A stretch of DNA of 64,000 bases from Chloroflexota bacterium. Lineage in GTDB: Bacteria; Desulfobacterota; Binatia; UBA9968. The notes below the pieces were generated by a model. It saw only the letters and a list, made by a program, of their open reading frames with translations, did not search any database and was not told where the DNA came from. The stretch is from assembly GCA_050257635.1 (NCBI GenBank), contig JBLMXG010000023.1:82983-146982 (forward strand), read 5' to 3'. The stretch's first letter is position 1, and each line of letters begins with the position of its first letter. Both the position numbers and the translations under genes were made by a program. Of this stretch, positions 12,370 through 21,565 are shown in pieces.

Positions 12370-13668
12370 GTGGAAGAGTTGGTCATGCAAAAGACGATTT
12401 TGGTCGTTGATGACGAAGACGGCGTGCGAGAGTCGGTGCGCGAGGTCTTGACCGATGAAGGTTACCGAGTCGTCGACACCGCCGATGGCACTCGAGTGCT
12501 CGAGATGATCAAGGAAGAGAAGCCGGAGCTGGTTCTTCTCGATATTTGGATGCCTCAGGTCGACGGCATCGGTCTGTTGAAAGAGATTAAATCCGAAGAG
12601 CCGGAGATCAACGTCGTGATGGTGTCCGGACACGGCAACATTCACACGGCGGTAACCGCCACCAAATTCGGTGCTTTCGACTTCATCGAAAAACCAGTTT
12701 CCCTTGAAGGGCTCCTGCTCACGGTGCAGCGTGCGCTCGGAGACATGCCGGGAGCGTCGCTGCAAAAAATACCGTCTGCCGGCAACCGAAGAGGACGGTC
12801 GCTCAAGGTGATGGCGCCGAAGAACGACGCAGTTTCGCATTCAGTCAGACAGAAGACCTTGAAAAAAAGCGTCGTTCTGTCGGGGCAAGGGCTTCATTCG
12901 GGAATTAAAACCGGATTGATTCTGCACCCGCTGCCGGCCCATCGCGGCATCTTGTTTACGGGAATTTCCGGCGACGTGACGCTGCCGGCGCACCTCGACT
13001 ACGTCGGCTCGACAGGTTACGCGACCTCGTTGCGATCTAAGGGTTTTGCGGTGGGGACGGTGGAGCATTTTCTCGCCGTAGTGCACAGTTACGGGATCAC
13101 GAATTTGCTCGTCAAGGTCCAAGGCGAGCTGCCGATCATGGATGGCTCGGCGCTAGAGTTTTGTCAGGCGATCGAAGAAGCCGGTATCGAAGAGCAAGCC
13201 GAAGAGTGTTCCGAGATCGTGATCGACCGGCTCTACCAAATCCAAGCGAAGAACGGCGAGTCGATCAGCATCGCGCCGGCGGAAACGCTCTCTGTGCATT
13301 ACCGGTTGCGTTACCCGGAACCGGTGGGCCAACAGGAGCACACTTACCAGTACCAGGGGCCGGGTTTTTTCAAAACGGAAATCGCTCCAGCGCGCACTTT
13401 TGGTTTCATACGCGATATCGAAAAGCTCCAAACCATGGGGCTAGCCGGCGGCGGTAAGCTCAACAACTGCATCATCATCGGCGACGATAAGATCATCAAT
13501 ACCGATTTACGCTTCGCTAATGAGTTCGCACGCCACAAGATATTGGATATTCTCGGCGATTTTTATTTGCTCGGTCGACCGATTCGCGGCGCCATTTCGG
13601 CTTGTATGACCGGCCACTCGGACAACATCGCGTTGCTCAAGCAGATTCGCAGCGGCATGGATTTATAA
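12370..13668 (+). CDS. lpxC: response-regulator receiver domain fused to UDP-3-O-acyl-N-acetylglucosamine deacetylase (REC-LpxC)
   Basis: Residues 1-125 form a CheY-like REC domain (VVDDED, LLDIWMP, MVSGHG, GAFDFIEKP). After a linker of about 45 aa, a full LpxC follows: KTLKKSVVLSGQGLHSG, TVEHFL, IMDGSA, ARTFGF, FARHKILDILGDFYLLG, TGHSDN. One uninterrupted ORF; GGAGGG lies just upstream. ATG 12385 is an alternative start. Confidence 0.9.
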   Translation: MEELVMQKTILVVDDEDGVRESVREVLTDEGYRVVDTADGTRVLEMIKEEKPELVLLDIWMPQVDGIGLLKEIKSEEPEINVVMVSGHGNIHTAVTATKFGAFDFIEKPVSLEGLLLTVQRALGDMPGASLQKIPSAGNRRGRSLKVMAPKNDAVSHSVRQKTLKKSVVLSGQGLHSGIKTGLILHPLPAHRGILFTGISGDVTLPAHLDYVGSTGYATSLRSKGFAVGTVEHFLAVVHSYGITNLLVKVQGELPIMDGSALEFCQAIEEAGIEEQAEECSEIVIDRLYQIQAKNGESISIAPAETLSVHYRLRYPEPVGQQEHTYQYQGPGFFKTEIAPARTFGFIRDIEKLQTMGLAGGGKLNNCIIIGDDKIINTDLRFANEFARHKILDILGDFYLLGRPIRGAISACMTGHSDNIALLKQIRSGMDL

Positions 13669-13728
13669 AGGTATCCGAGCGAACACGAACGGCGCGAATT
13701 AGAGATTCACCGGACGACGCATTTATTC

Positions 13729-14178
13729 ATGAGCTCTTCGGATCATTACGCGCGACTTTTTACCGTCAACGAGGCCAATGCGCTGTTGCCCCAGCTGCGC
13801 CCGCTGGTCGAGCAGATCCTCGAAAATATTCGGCGCTTGAAACGCGCCAGCGAAACGACGATCCGCAGAGAAAATCTCGATCCCGAGGCGCCCAACCTCA
13901 TGAACCGACTGCGCGAGGACGGCGAGATCGCTAAACTCATCGGACAGATCACCGGCTGGGTTGATGAAATCAACGCCTATGGCTGTATGTGCAAAGGCGT
14001 TGAGCAGGGACTGGTCGATTTTCCCTGTATGCTCGGCACCGAGGTGGTTTTTTTGTGCTGGCAGATTGGCGAGCCGACGGTGAGTCACTGGCACCGCATT
14101 GAAGACGGCTTTGCCGGGCGGAAACCCTTGCTTGATGGCGAAGGTTCCGATCCCGACGATAACATCTCCTATCATTGA
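13729..14178 (+). CDS. DUF2203 domain-containing protein
   Basis: FTVNEANALLPQLRPLV N-terminus and GLVDFPCMLGTEVVFLCWQIGEPTVSHWHRIEDGFAGRKPL C-terminus, both typical of DUF2203. Confidence 0.8.
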   Translation: MSSSDHYARLFTVNEANALLPQLRPLVEQILENIRRLKRASETTIRRENLDPEAPNLMNRLREDGEIAKLIGQITGWVDEINAYGCMCKGVEQGLVDFPCMLGTEVVFLCWQIGEPTVSHWHRIEDGFAGRKPLLDGEGSDPDDNISYH

Positions 14179-14265
14179 TTTCGCTTCCGGCCTTTTGGCC
14201 ATGGCGAGGTCGGCGCTGCGATTCCGACCTGCACCTGACGAAAGTGTTGAGCTTTAGGTTTTAGG

Positions 14266-15441
14266 ATGAAGCCTTCTTCAGAGCGGAACGTTGGCGTCTT
14301 AACTCAACAAATTAAGGAAGCATCCCGAGGGCTAGGCTTTGATCTGGTCGGCATCTCGGCGGTGCAGCTGCCGCCGCATGAAACTTCCTTCGCGCGCTGG
14401 CTGCGCGAGGGGCTTGCGGGCGAGCTGGATTACATGAAGCGGACCGAGCTCCTTCGGCGCGATCCCAAGAGCCTGGTGCCCTGGGCCACTTCGGTCGTTT
14501 CGGTTGGGATGAATTATTACACGCCCTGGCCGCGTCCCGATCCCGCCGGCGGATCGAGCGGTTGGATCTCACGCTACGCCTGGGGAGATGACTATCACGG
14601 ATTGATGAAGTGCAGGCTCGATGCATTGCTCGATCGTGTATCGGAATTGTCTGGCGGCCCGGTGCAAGGTCGCGCGTTCGTCGATTCCGGGCCGGTTCTG
14701 GAACGGGATATGGCCGGCGTCGGGGGGCTGGGCTGGATTGGCAAAAATACGCATCTTATTTCGCCGCGGCGCGGCTCGTGGTTTTTTTTGGGCGAATTGT
14801 TTCTCGACTTACGGCTCGCCTACGATCGCCCGATCCGCGATCGCTGCGGCCGCTGCGAACTTTGCCTGAAGGCCTGTCCGACCGGGGCGTTTATCGGCCC
14901 CTACCTGCTCGACGCGCGCCGTTGCATTTCCTATCTCACCATCGAATTGAAGGGCTGGATCCCGTCTTATCTCCGGCCGATGATCGGCAATCATATTTTC
15001 GGCTGCGATATCTGCCAGGAAGTTTGCCCGTACAACGTAAAAGCGCGAGCCAGCGCCGAAGCGGCGTTCCGGCCGAGGACCGGTTTGCATGCGCCCGAAT
15101 TGATCGGACTTTTGGCCCTTACCCAGGATGAATTTCGCCGTCGTTTTCGCGGCAGTCCGATTCTTCGTGCGAAAAGGCGCGGCCTGCTGCGCAATGTTGC
15201 GGTAGCTCTCGGCAATCTCAAGTGCGCAGAAGCCGAGCCGGCGCTGGTTCGGGCGCTCGATGACGACGAGCCTTTAGTGCGCGGCCACGTAGCTTGGGCG
15301 CTCGGACAAATTGGACTGGGCTCAACGCTGGCAGCGCTCCGACGGCGATTGCGAGTTGATACCGACAGCGAGGTTAAAGCTGAGATTAGCGGCGCGATCG
15401 GAATGATAACCGCGAGGTTGGGCGATAGCTCGCCGACTTAG
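14266..15441 (+). CDS. queG: tRNA epoxyqueuosine(34) reductase QueG
   Basis: Two 4Fe-4S motifs (CGRCELCLKACP, CDICQEVCPYN), GLGWIGKNT, and C-terminal HEAT-like repeats (DDEPLVRGHVAWALG). Confidence 0.93.
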   Translation: MKPSSERNVGVLTQQIKEASRGLGFDLVGISAVQLPPHETSFARWLREGLAGELDYMKRTELLRRDPKSLVPWATSVVSVGMNYYTPWPRPDPAGGSSGWISRYAWGDDYHGLMKCRLDALLDRVSELSGGPVQGRAFVDSGPVLERDMAGVGGLGWIGKNTHLISPRRGSWFFLGELFLDLRLAYDRPIRDRCGRCELCLKACPTGAFIGPYLLDARRCISYLTIELKGWIPSYLRPMIGNHIFGCDICQEVCPYNVKARASAEAAFRPRTGLHAPELIGLLALTQDEFRRRFRGSPILRAKRRGLLRNVAVALGNLKCAEAEPALVRALDDDEPLVRGHVAWALGQIGLGSTLAALRRRLRVDTDSEVKAEISGAIGMITARLGDSSPT

Positions 15442-15869
15442 CCGGGAGCAGCGTGAATCGCGTCAAACATGATTTTGGGTATCCGCACGATTCTGCCGGA
15501 GCCATCGATCGATGCATGCTTGGTCGCGCCAGTGGCCAAGATCCGGTGATCGGCGGCGCGGGAAATGCGATAGTTGAAAGCCAAAGACGCCCGGCCCAGT
15601 TCCGCCAGCTCGGTGCGGATTTTAACCAGGTCGTCGTAACGCGCCGATTCATTGTAGCGGCAGGTTACTTCGACCACGGGAAAACGGACTCCCTGCCGCT
15701 CAATAGTCGAATACGGTAACCCGATCTGACGGAGAAGTTCCGCGCGGCCGCGCTCGAACCAGCGCAAATAATTGGCGTAATAGACAACGCCCATTTGGTC
15801 GGTGTCGCCGTAAATGACGCGATAAGATGTGACATTGGCAAGCCGCGGCGGCGCGTTTTCCATAGCCAA
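15438..15869 (-). CDS. acyl-CoA thioesterase, YbgC/4HBT hotdog family
   Basis: YRVIYGDTDQMGVVYYANYLRWFERGRAELLRQIG matches the 4HBT catalytic Asp region. 143 aa. Confidence 0.88.
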   Translation of the reverse strand: MAMENAPPRLANVTSYRVIYGDTDQMGVVYYANYLRWFERGRAELLRQIGLPYSTIERQGVRFPVVEVTCRYNESARYDDLVKIRTELAELGRASLAFNYRISRAADHRILATGATKHASIDGSGRIVRIPKIMFDAIHAAPG

Positions 15870-16166
15870 ATATTAGTATGGTGTTTCTCGAGTTTTCTCA
15901 ACGCGATCGCACGCGCGCCTGCGCGGGATCATGTTGAATCCCGATCTCGCTCAAGCCTAACGATCGAAATACGCTCGCCTCGGATGTCCACTCGACGAAC
16001 CCCGCTCGTGAATCGCGGGACAGTTTCGGCGTGGTCGGGCTTGCGTTTGGCAGCATCACCTTGACAAGTCAAAGTCAATTATGGTTTAAGCTTTTAAATT
16101 TCGTTCGAGTGTGGTCGAAACGAAGACTGTCGGAGGCATTTTTGCGACACCCAAGGAGGATGAAAA

Positions 16167-16583
16167 ATGAATAGCGTATTCAAATGTGCAGCCTTGTCTG
16201 CCGGGATTTTTCTCGCGAGCTCGCTCTTGGCCGCGTGCGCCTCGGTTGGCGAGCAAACTGCGCCGAAGCCGGCCGCATCCGCAGCGCCGCCGGCGCCTGC
16301 AAAAACAACCAAAACCAAAGCGGTCGAGGTCCAAGGGGTGATTAGCTCGGTGGGCCAGCGAACGATCACGTTTCAAATGGAGCGCAAAGGCAAGGTCCGG
16401 GAAGAAGTCGTCGGCGTGGACGACAAGACCAAGATCGAAAAGAACGGCGCCAACGTCAAGTTGCGCGATTTGGAAGTGACCGATCAAGCGATGATCAACT
16501 ACGTGCCCGAAGCGTATACGCCGGCGATCGCCATCAAAGTCACCGGTAAGGGTAAACTCAAGAAAAAAGGCGGCGACGACTAG
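16167..16583 (+). CDS. hypothetical lipoprotein (138 aa)
   Basis: AGGAGGA RBS. Signal peptide plus lipobox FLASSLLAAC, a PA-rich linker, and a beta-rich C-terminus. No family recognised. Confidence 0.65.
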   Translation: MNSVFKCAALSAGIFLASSLLAACASVGEQTAPKPAASAAPPAPAKTTKTKAVEVQGVISSVGQRTITFQMERKGKVREEVVGVDDKTKIEKNGANVKLRDLEVTDQAMINYVPEAYTPAIAIKVTGKGKLKKKGGDD

Positions 16584-17536
16584 GAGCGATAACGGTCGGC
16601 GCGGTCGCCGCCGACAACCTCCAGGTCAAAAGACTGATCGTCCCGCAGGATGTGAAACGAGATCCGTTCTCCCGGGCGCTTTTTCCACATTTCTTGATAA
16701 AGCTCTCGGCGGGTTCGGATCTCCTTTTTTCCCACGCTTAAAATGATATCTCCCTGCGCCATGCCGAACTTAGCCGCGGGACCGTTGGCTACAAGACCGC
16801 CGATCACTACATGCCCGGCCATCGCCTGAGGATAAATACCGAGCCAAGGCCGGCGGGGCCGGCTGCGAACCTGCCCATACTGTTTCAGTTCCTGCTCGTA
16901 AGCTCGATAGCAATCGATCGGGATGGCGAGAGAGAACTTGCCCACGTCGCTCAGATTCAACGACACCACGCCGATCAATTCGCCGCGGAAGTTCGCCAGG
17001 GTGCCGCCGCCAAAGCCTGGGTTGAAAGTGGTGACACGAATCGATTTGTCGATCATGTATTCCCACTGGCCGTCATAGGGTTCGAGCGAGGTGACGTAAC
17101 CGCCGCTGACGCGGCGCGCGGCTTGTCCACTACTTGCGATCATGACCACGGCTTGTCCGAGCTCGACCGCGTCCGGCGCTGCCAGCTTGAGACACGGAAG
17201 GCCGTGCTCTGCGACTTTCACCAAGGATAGGCCGGTCTCTTGATCTTGGGCCGCAACTTGCGCTGGGTATTGTTCGCCATCCGGCAAGGTCACGGTGATT
17301 GAGGTGGCGCCAACCGTGACATAGTGAACCGTCAAAATGTAACCGTCGGAATCGATGATCGTGCCCGAACCGACTCGCTCGGAACCAAGATTGCGTGCCG
17401 ACGGGTGATTCTCGGGGATTTTGACTTGGAGATCGACCGTCGCCGGCAGGATCGAATGAATGAGACCGATATGACCGTTCAAATTGTCACTCCTGGATAA
17501 GATCCGGCAAGGCTTTGTGCCGGGGAATACTCTCAC
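16580..17536 (-). CDS. HtrA/DegP-like trypsin-fold + PDZ protein, catalytic triad not conserved (predicted pseudoprotease)
   Basis: The S1C scaffold is present (GSGTIIDSDGYILT..., NPGFGGGTLANFRGELIGV) with a PDZ domain (GDIILSVGKKEI). Gly replaces the DegP Ser, Gly replaces the Asp, and Tyr sits at the His position. A likelier start is TTG 17482, with AGGAG 7 nt upstream and 4 nt after the stop of the preceding gene. Confidence 0.8.
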   Translation of the reverse strand: MRVFPGTKPCRILSRSDNLNGHIGLIHSILPATVDLQVKIPENHPSARNLGSERVGSGTIIDSDGYILTVHYVTVGATSITVTLPDGEQYPAQVAAQDQETGLSLVKVAEHGLPCLKLAAPDAVELGQAVVMIASSGQAARRVSGGYVTSLEPYDGQWEYMIDKSIRVTTFNPGFGGGTLANFRGELIGVVSLNLSDVGKFSLAIPIDCYRAYEQELKQYGQVRSRPRRPWLGIYPQAMAGHVVIGGLVANGPAAKFGMAQGDIILSVGKKEIRTRRELYQEMWKKRPGERISFHILRDDQSFDLEVVGGDRADRYRS

Positions 17537-18485
17537 GCTCGCGTGAAAATAATCGACCTTGCCAAGTGTCCCGGCGTTGCAAAGCCTTGGAGATGGCGTT
17601 GTGAGTGCCGAGTTTATCGATCGACCAATCCGGCGCGACCGTGATCGCGCGATAGGTTTCTCCCGAAAGCCGATGTACGACGACGGCCGGATCCAAGCGC
17701 TCGAGAAAATCGATGACCAGCGCGACGTATTCGTCGCGACTCATCAGCGGTACCTGTCCCAACTGAAAAAATTTCTCCAGGGCGGTGCCTTTGATCACGT
17801 GCAAGTTATGCAGCTTGACGCCATCGATATCAAGCCGGTTGAGAAGCTCGGGGGTAGCCAGCATTTCCTCGCGGCTTTCGCCAGGAAAGCCGAGGATTAA
17901 ATGCGTGCAGATTCGCAGTCCCCTCATTTTGGCTCTGGCCACAGCGTCGAGGTAGTGGTGCAAACTGTGACCCCGGTTGACCCAAGCGAGCGTGCGATCA
18001 TACATGGACTCCAAACCGAGTTCGAGCCACAGGTAGGTTTCCTTGGATAGGTCGTAGATGAGGTCGAGCGTAGCGTTGGGTAAGCAGTCCGGTCTTGTTG
18101 CGATCGCTAGTCCTACCACGCCGGGAAAATCCAGCGCCTCACGATAAAGTTTATCGAGTTTCGTCGTCGAGTCATAGGTATTGGTGTAGCTTTGAAAATA
18201 GGCGATAAAACGTTCCGCTCGATGCCGTTTTTGCAACGCTGCGGCGCCGCTTTCGAGCTGCGCGGTGACCGAGGTCCGAGGGCGGTAGTTTTGCGGTGTG
18301 TGGCTCGCATTGTTGCAATAGATACAACCGCCCACCGTGACCGTGCCGTCGCGGTTGGGACAAGTAAAGTCGAGGCGCAGACCTATTTTATAGACGCGCG
18401 CATCAAAGGCCTCGTGCAGCACGCGGTTATAGGAGTTGTATCGCTTGCCGCGCCAAAGTTCGTTGAGTGAAACAGGAAAATTCAT
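17487..18485 (-). CDS. TIGR01212 family radical SAM protein
   Basis: YNRVLHEAFDARVYKIGLRLDFTCPNRDGTVTVGGCIYCNN: the family-typical CPNRDG...GGCxYC cluster motif. 332 aa. Confidence 0.9.
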   Translation of the reverse strand: MNFPVSLNELWRGKRYNSYNRVLHEAFDARVYKIGLRLDFTCPNRDGTVTVGGCIYCNNASHTPQNYRPRTSVTAQLESGAAALQKRHRAERFIAYFQSYTNTYDSTTKLDKLYREALDFPGVVGLAIATRPDCLPNATLDLIYDLSKETYLWLELGLESMYDRTLAWVNRGHSLHHYLDAVARAKMRGLRICTHLILGFPGESREEMLATPELLNRLDIDGVKLHNLHVIKGTALEKFFQLGQVPLMSRDEYVALVIDFLERLDPAVVVHRLSGETYRAITVAPDWSIDKLGTHNAISKALQRRDTWQGRLFSRERESIPRHKALPDLIQE

Positions 18486-18654
18486 CGGTTGAACAAAAAA
18501 CCGTTAACAAAAAGCTCTGGCATACACAAGGCGCGGGAATGACCGCCGCGTCGTCGATCGGAAACCATCCGTGCGCCTCGCGAGCGATTCCCCCCTTGTT
18601 CTGGAAGTAATTAATAAATCATGATCTTTTCGCCAATGGCAAATCGATCCAAGC

Positions 18655-18682
18655 TTGACAATGAGGCCAAATTGTCTATAGT
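18655..18682 (+). promoter_or_regulatory. sigma70-type promoter candidate for the yceD-rpmF-plsX operon
   Basis: TTGACA (18655-18660), a 16-nt spacer, then TATAGT (18677-18682), 33 nt upstream of the yceD start. Confidence 0.5.
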
Positions 18683-18714
18683 CAAAGGACGCTCAACGGC
18701 CCGCGCGACTGCTG

Positions 18715-19251
18715 ATGAAAATCTCCGTCGATGAGATTCCTCAATCTCCCAAAGAGATCAGGTTCTCAGAAAGCATTGAGGAACTCAACGAAATCTACCG
18801 CCGGAGTAAGAACCGGGACTTTGGATTTCCCTCCTTGTTGGAGGTGGAACTCGTGTATTACCGTTCGGGCTCCGAACTGTTTTTTAGCGGCAGCTTTCGC
18901 GGCAGGTTCACAGGGTGTTGCGGCCGTTGTTTGGAGAATTATAGCTTCACTCTGAATCAGAAGTTCGATTTCGTCCTGACTCCCGATCCAGCTAGATCGG
19001 AGCGCGGCGCCGAGGAGTTGCACTCCGATGAGCTTGGATTGAGTTACTACTCGACCGATGAAATTAATCTGACGCCGTTAATTATGGAGCAAGTGATGCT
19101 GGCTCTGCCGACGAGACCGTTATGCTCCGATGAATGCCGGGGGTTGTGCGGTGCCTGTGGCGCGAATTTAAACACCGAGCCGTGCACGTGTTCCAGTGCG
19201 GCAGGTGACCCGCGCATGGCAATATTTCGAACGCTCAAAGTCGGTCGTTAA
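18715..19251 (+). CDS. yceD: YceD family (DUF177) large ribosomal subunit accumulation protein
   Basis: Position upstream of rpmF. C-terminal Cys motif [17 protein letters not shown]...CTC, typical of DUF177. Confidence 0.9.
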   Translation: MKISVDEIPQSPKEIRFSESIEELNEIYRRSKNRDFGFPSLLEVELVYYRSGSELFFSGSFRGRFTGCCGRCLENYSFTLNQKFDFVLTPDPARSERGAEELHSDELGLSYYSTDEINLTPLIMEQVMLALPTRPLCSDECRGLCGACGANLNTEPCTCSSAAGDPRMAIFRTLKVGR

Positions 19252-19316
19252 GCCAGTTATTTAGTGTAAAAAGAGTTGTCGCGGCTGAAACGCGGAGAAA
19301 GATTAGGATTAAACCG

Positions 19317-19499
19317 ATGCCGGTACCCAAGCGAAGGACCTCGAAGCGAGTCAAAAACCAGCGCCGCTCCCACGACGGCTTGACCAAACCGCAATGGAGC
19401 ACCTGTTCGAATTGCGGTGAAACCGTGCTGCCACACCGTGCATGCGCCCATTGCGGCTTTTACCGCGGCCGCGCCGTAATTCAAGTTGAAGAAAGCTAA
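19317..19499 (+). CDS. rpmF: 50S ribosomal protein L32
   Basis: [19 protein letters not shown] and a CxxC...CxxC zinc ribbon (CSNCGE...CAHCG). 60 aa. Confidence 0.97.
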   Translation: MPVPKRRTSKRVKNQRRSHDGLTKPQWSTCSNCGETVLPHRACAHCGFYRGRAVIQVEES

Positions 19500-19517
19500 C
19501 CCGCTCTCTCCATAAAT

Positions 19518-20636
19518 ATGCCAAAAATCGCCATCGACGCGATGGGCGGAGACCATGCTCCGCAAGTGGTGATCGAGGGTGCTTTATTAGCCGCCCGAGA
19601 TCTCGGCGTCGATTTAGTCCTCGTCGGCCAGGAAAACGCCATTCGGGGCGAGTTGGCCAGGCATCGCGACGCGCCGAAGTTCGAGATCGTTGCTGCAGAC
19701 CAAATCGTGCCGATGCATGAATCGCCGAGCGCTGCGCTGCGCAAAAAGGATTCTTCCATGGCCGTGGGGTTCGAGCTGATGAAGCGCGGCGAAGTCGACG
19801 CCGTAGTCAGCGCGGGAAACTCTGGGGCGATGATGGCGATTGGCATGTTCGTCATGGGCACGCTCTCACAAGTGGCCCGTCCCGCCATTCTCGTGGTCGT
19901 TCCAAACCTGGACAAGGGCACAGTGATCGTCGACGCCGGCGCCAACGTCGAATGCAAGCCGCGTCATTTGGTCCAATTCGGATTCATGGGCTCGATCTAT
20001 GCCGAGCGGGTTCTCGGCATAGATCGACCGCGGGTGGGAGTGTTAAGCAACGGCGAAGAAGACGGCAAGGGTAACGATTTGACCCGTGCCGCAAGTGAAT
20101 TGCTGTCGGGGACCACGCTTAATTATATCGGTTATGTTGAAGGACGCGACATCTTCAACCGCAAGGTGGATGTCGTCGTGTGCGATGGTTTTACTGGAAA
20201 CATCGCGCTCAAAACCATGGAGGGTGTGGCTGGTTTCGCAGGCGAAGTATTGAAAGCGGCGTTCCAGAAGAATTTATCGACCCGCTTGGGATATTTGTTG
20301 AGCCGCAGTGCACTCACGGAAGCGTATCGCCGCTTGGATTATGCTGAATACGGCGGCGCTCCATTGATCGGCCTGGACGGGGTCGGCATTATTGCTCATG
20401 GCGGGTCTACTCCGTTGGCGATCAAGAACGCGATTCGCGCGGCGCGGGACGCCGTCAATCAAGAAATGAATCGTCATATCGCTGAGGCATTGAGCGAGGC
20501 CGAGGATATTGCCGGCCTCAAGAAGGAAGGCTTGCCAAAGAAACTCTGGGAGCGCTTCAAATCGAAGATCGAATCGCTAGGTGAAAAGGCCGAAGTCGGA
20601 GGTGAAACCGGGGACCGGAGGAAGGGTGGCGAGTAG
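19518..20636 (+). CDS. plsX: phosphate acyltransferase PlsX (with C-terminal extension of about 35 aa)
   Basis: IAIDAMGGDHAP N-terminus, VSAGNSGA, and CDGFTGNIALKTMEG. 372 aa versus the usual 330-345. Confidence 0.95.
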   Translation: MPKIAIDAMGGDHAPQVVIEGALLAARDLGVDLVLVGQENAIRGELARHRDAPKFEIVAADQIVPMHESPSAALRKKDSSMAVGFELMKRGEVDAVVSAGNSGAMMAIGMFVMGTLSQVARPAILVVVPNLDKGTVIVDAGANVECKPRHLVQFGFMGSIYAERVLGIDRPRVGVLSNGEEDGKGNDLTRAASELLSGTTLNYIGYVEGRDIFNRKVDVVVCDGFTGNIALKTMEGVAGFAGEVLKAAFQKNLSTRLGYLLSRSALTEAYRRLDYAEYGGAPLIGLDGVGIIAHGGSTPLAIKNAIRAARDAVNQEMNRHIAEALSEAEDIAGLKKEGLPKKLWERFKSKIESLGEKAEVGGETGDRRKGGE

Positions 20637-21561
20637 TCGGATCGCATTTGTTTTTCCCGGCCAGGGATCTCAGCATGTCGGTATGGCCAAAGAGCTTGTC
20701 ACGCAGTTCAAGGCAGCTCGAAAAGTTTTTGCCGATGCCGATGACACGCTCGGCTTTTCTTTGAGCGAGCTTTGCTTTGGCGGTCCCGAAGCCGATCTTA
20801 AACTCACCGAAAATACCCAACCGGCAATCCTTACGGCGTCGATCGCCGCATTGCGTGTGCTGGAGGCAGAAACGCCGTTGCGTCCGGCATTTGTCGCGGG
20901 CCACAGCCTTGGAGAGTATAGCGCGTTGGTGGCCGTCGGGGCGCTCAGTTTTCGCGATGCCGTGCAGCTCGTGCGTGAGCGCGGCCGATTGATGCAGCAG
21001 GCGGTGCCGGCGGGTGAAGGTGCAATGGCGGTGGTGTTGGGCCTGGAGATGGAAGCTGTCCGTGCGCTTTGCGTCGACGCGAGCCAGGGAGAGGTGGTAT
21101 CTCCTGCTAACTATAACGGCGGCGGGCAGGTAGTTATCGCCGGTGCCAAGCAAGCCGTTGTCAGAGCGATGGCGCTAGCTAAAGAACGCGGCGCCAAACG
21201 GGTTTTGGATTTGCCGGTCAGTGCGCCGTTTCACTGTGCTCTCATGCAGCCTGCCGCCGATGGTCTGAGAGCGGCCTTTAGTAAGATTTCGATCCGGCCT
21301 TTCAGCGTCGGGGTAGTTGCGAACGTTGACGCGGAAATTAATCTCGACGCCGAACGTGTAAAATCCTTGTTAGTCGAGCAGGCGGTTCGCCCGGTTCGTT
21401 GGGAGGAGTCGGTGCGCAAGCTGGTTTCACTGGGTTGTACTGGAGCGGTGGAGATTGGCCCGGGCAAAGTTCTAAAAGGCTTAATTAAGCGGATCGCGCC
21501 AACAATGGAAGTCGATACCTTCGAAGCGCCGCAGGATTTGTTGAAACTGACCGCAGCATAA
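20626..21561 (+). CDS. fabD: ACP S-malonyltransferase
   Basis: IAFVFPGQGSQ and GHSLGEYSAL (active Ser). GTG 20626 is preceded by GGAGGA and overlaps the plsX stop. The ORF opens at 20581. Confidence 0.95.
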   Translation: MASSRIAFVFPGQGSQHVGMAKELVTQFKAARKVFADADDTLGFSLSELCFGGPEADLKLTENTQPAILTASIAALRVLEAETPLRPAFVAGHSLGEYSALVAVGALSFRDAVQLVRERGRLMQQAVPAGEGAMAVVLGLEMEAVRALCVDASQGEVVSPANYNGGGQVVIAGAKQAVVRAMALAKERGAKRVLDLPVSAPFHCALMQPAADGLRAAFSKISIRPFSVGVVANVDAEINLDAERVKSLLVEQAVRPVRWEESVRKLVSLGCTGAVEIGPGKVLKGLIKRIAPTMEVDTFEAPQDLLKLTAA

Positions 21562-21565
21562 TTCC

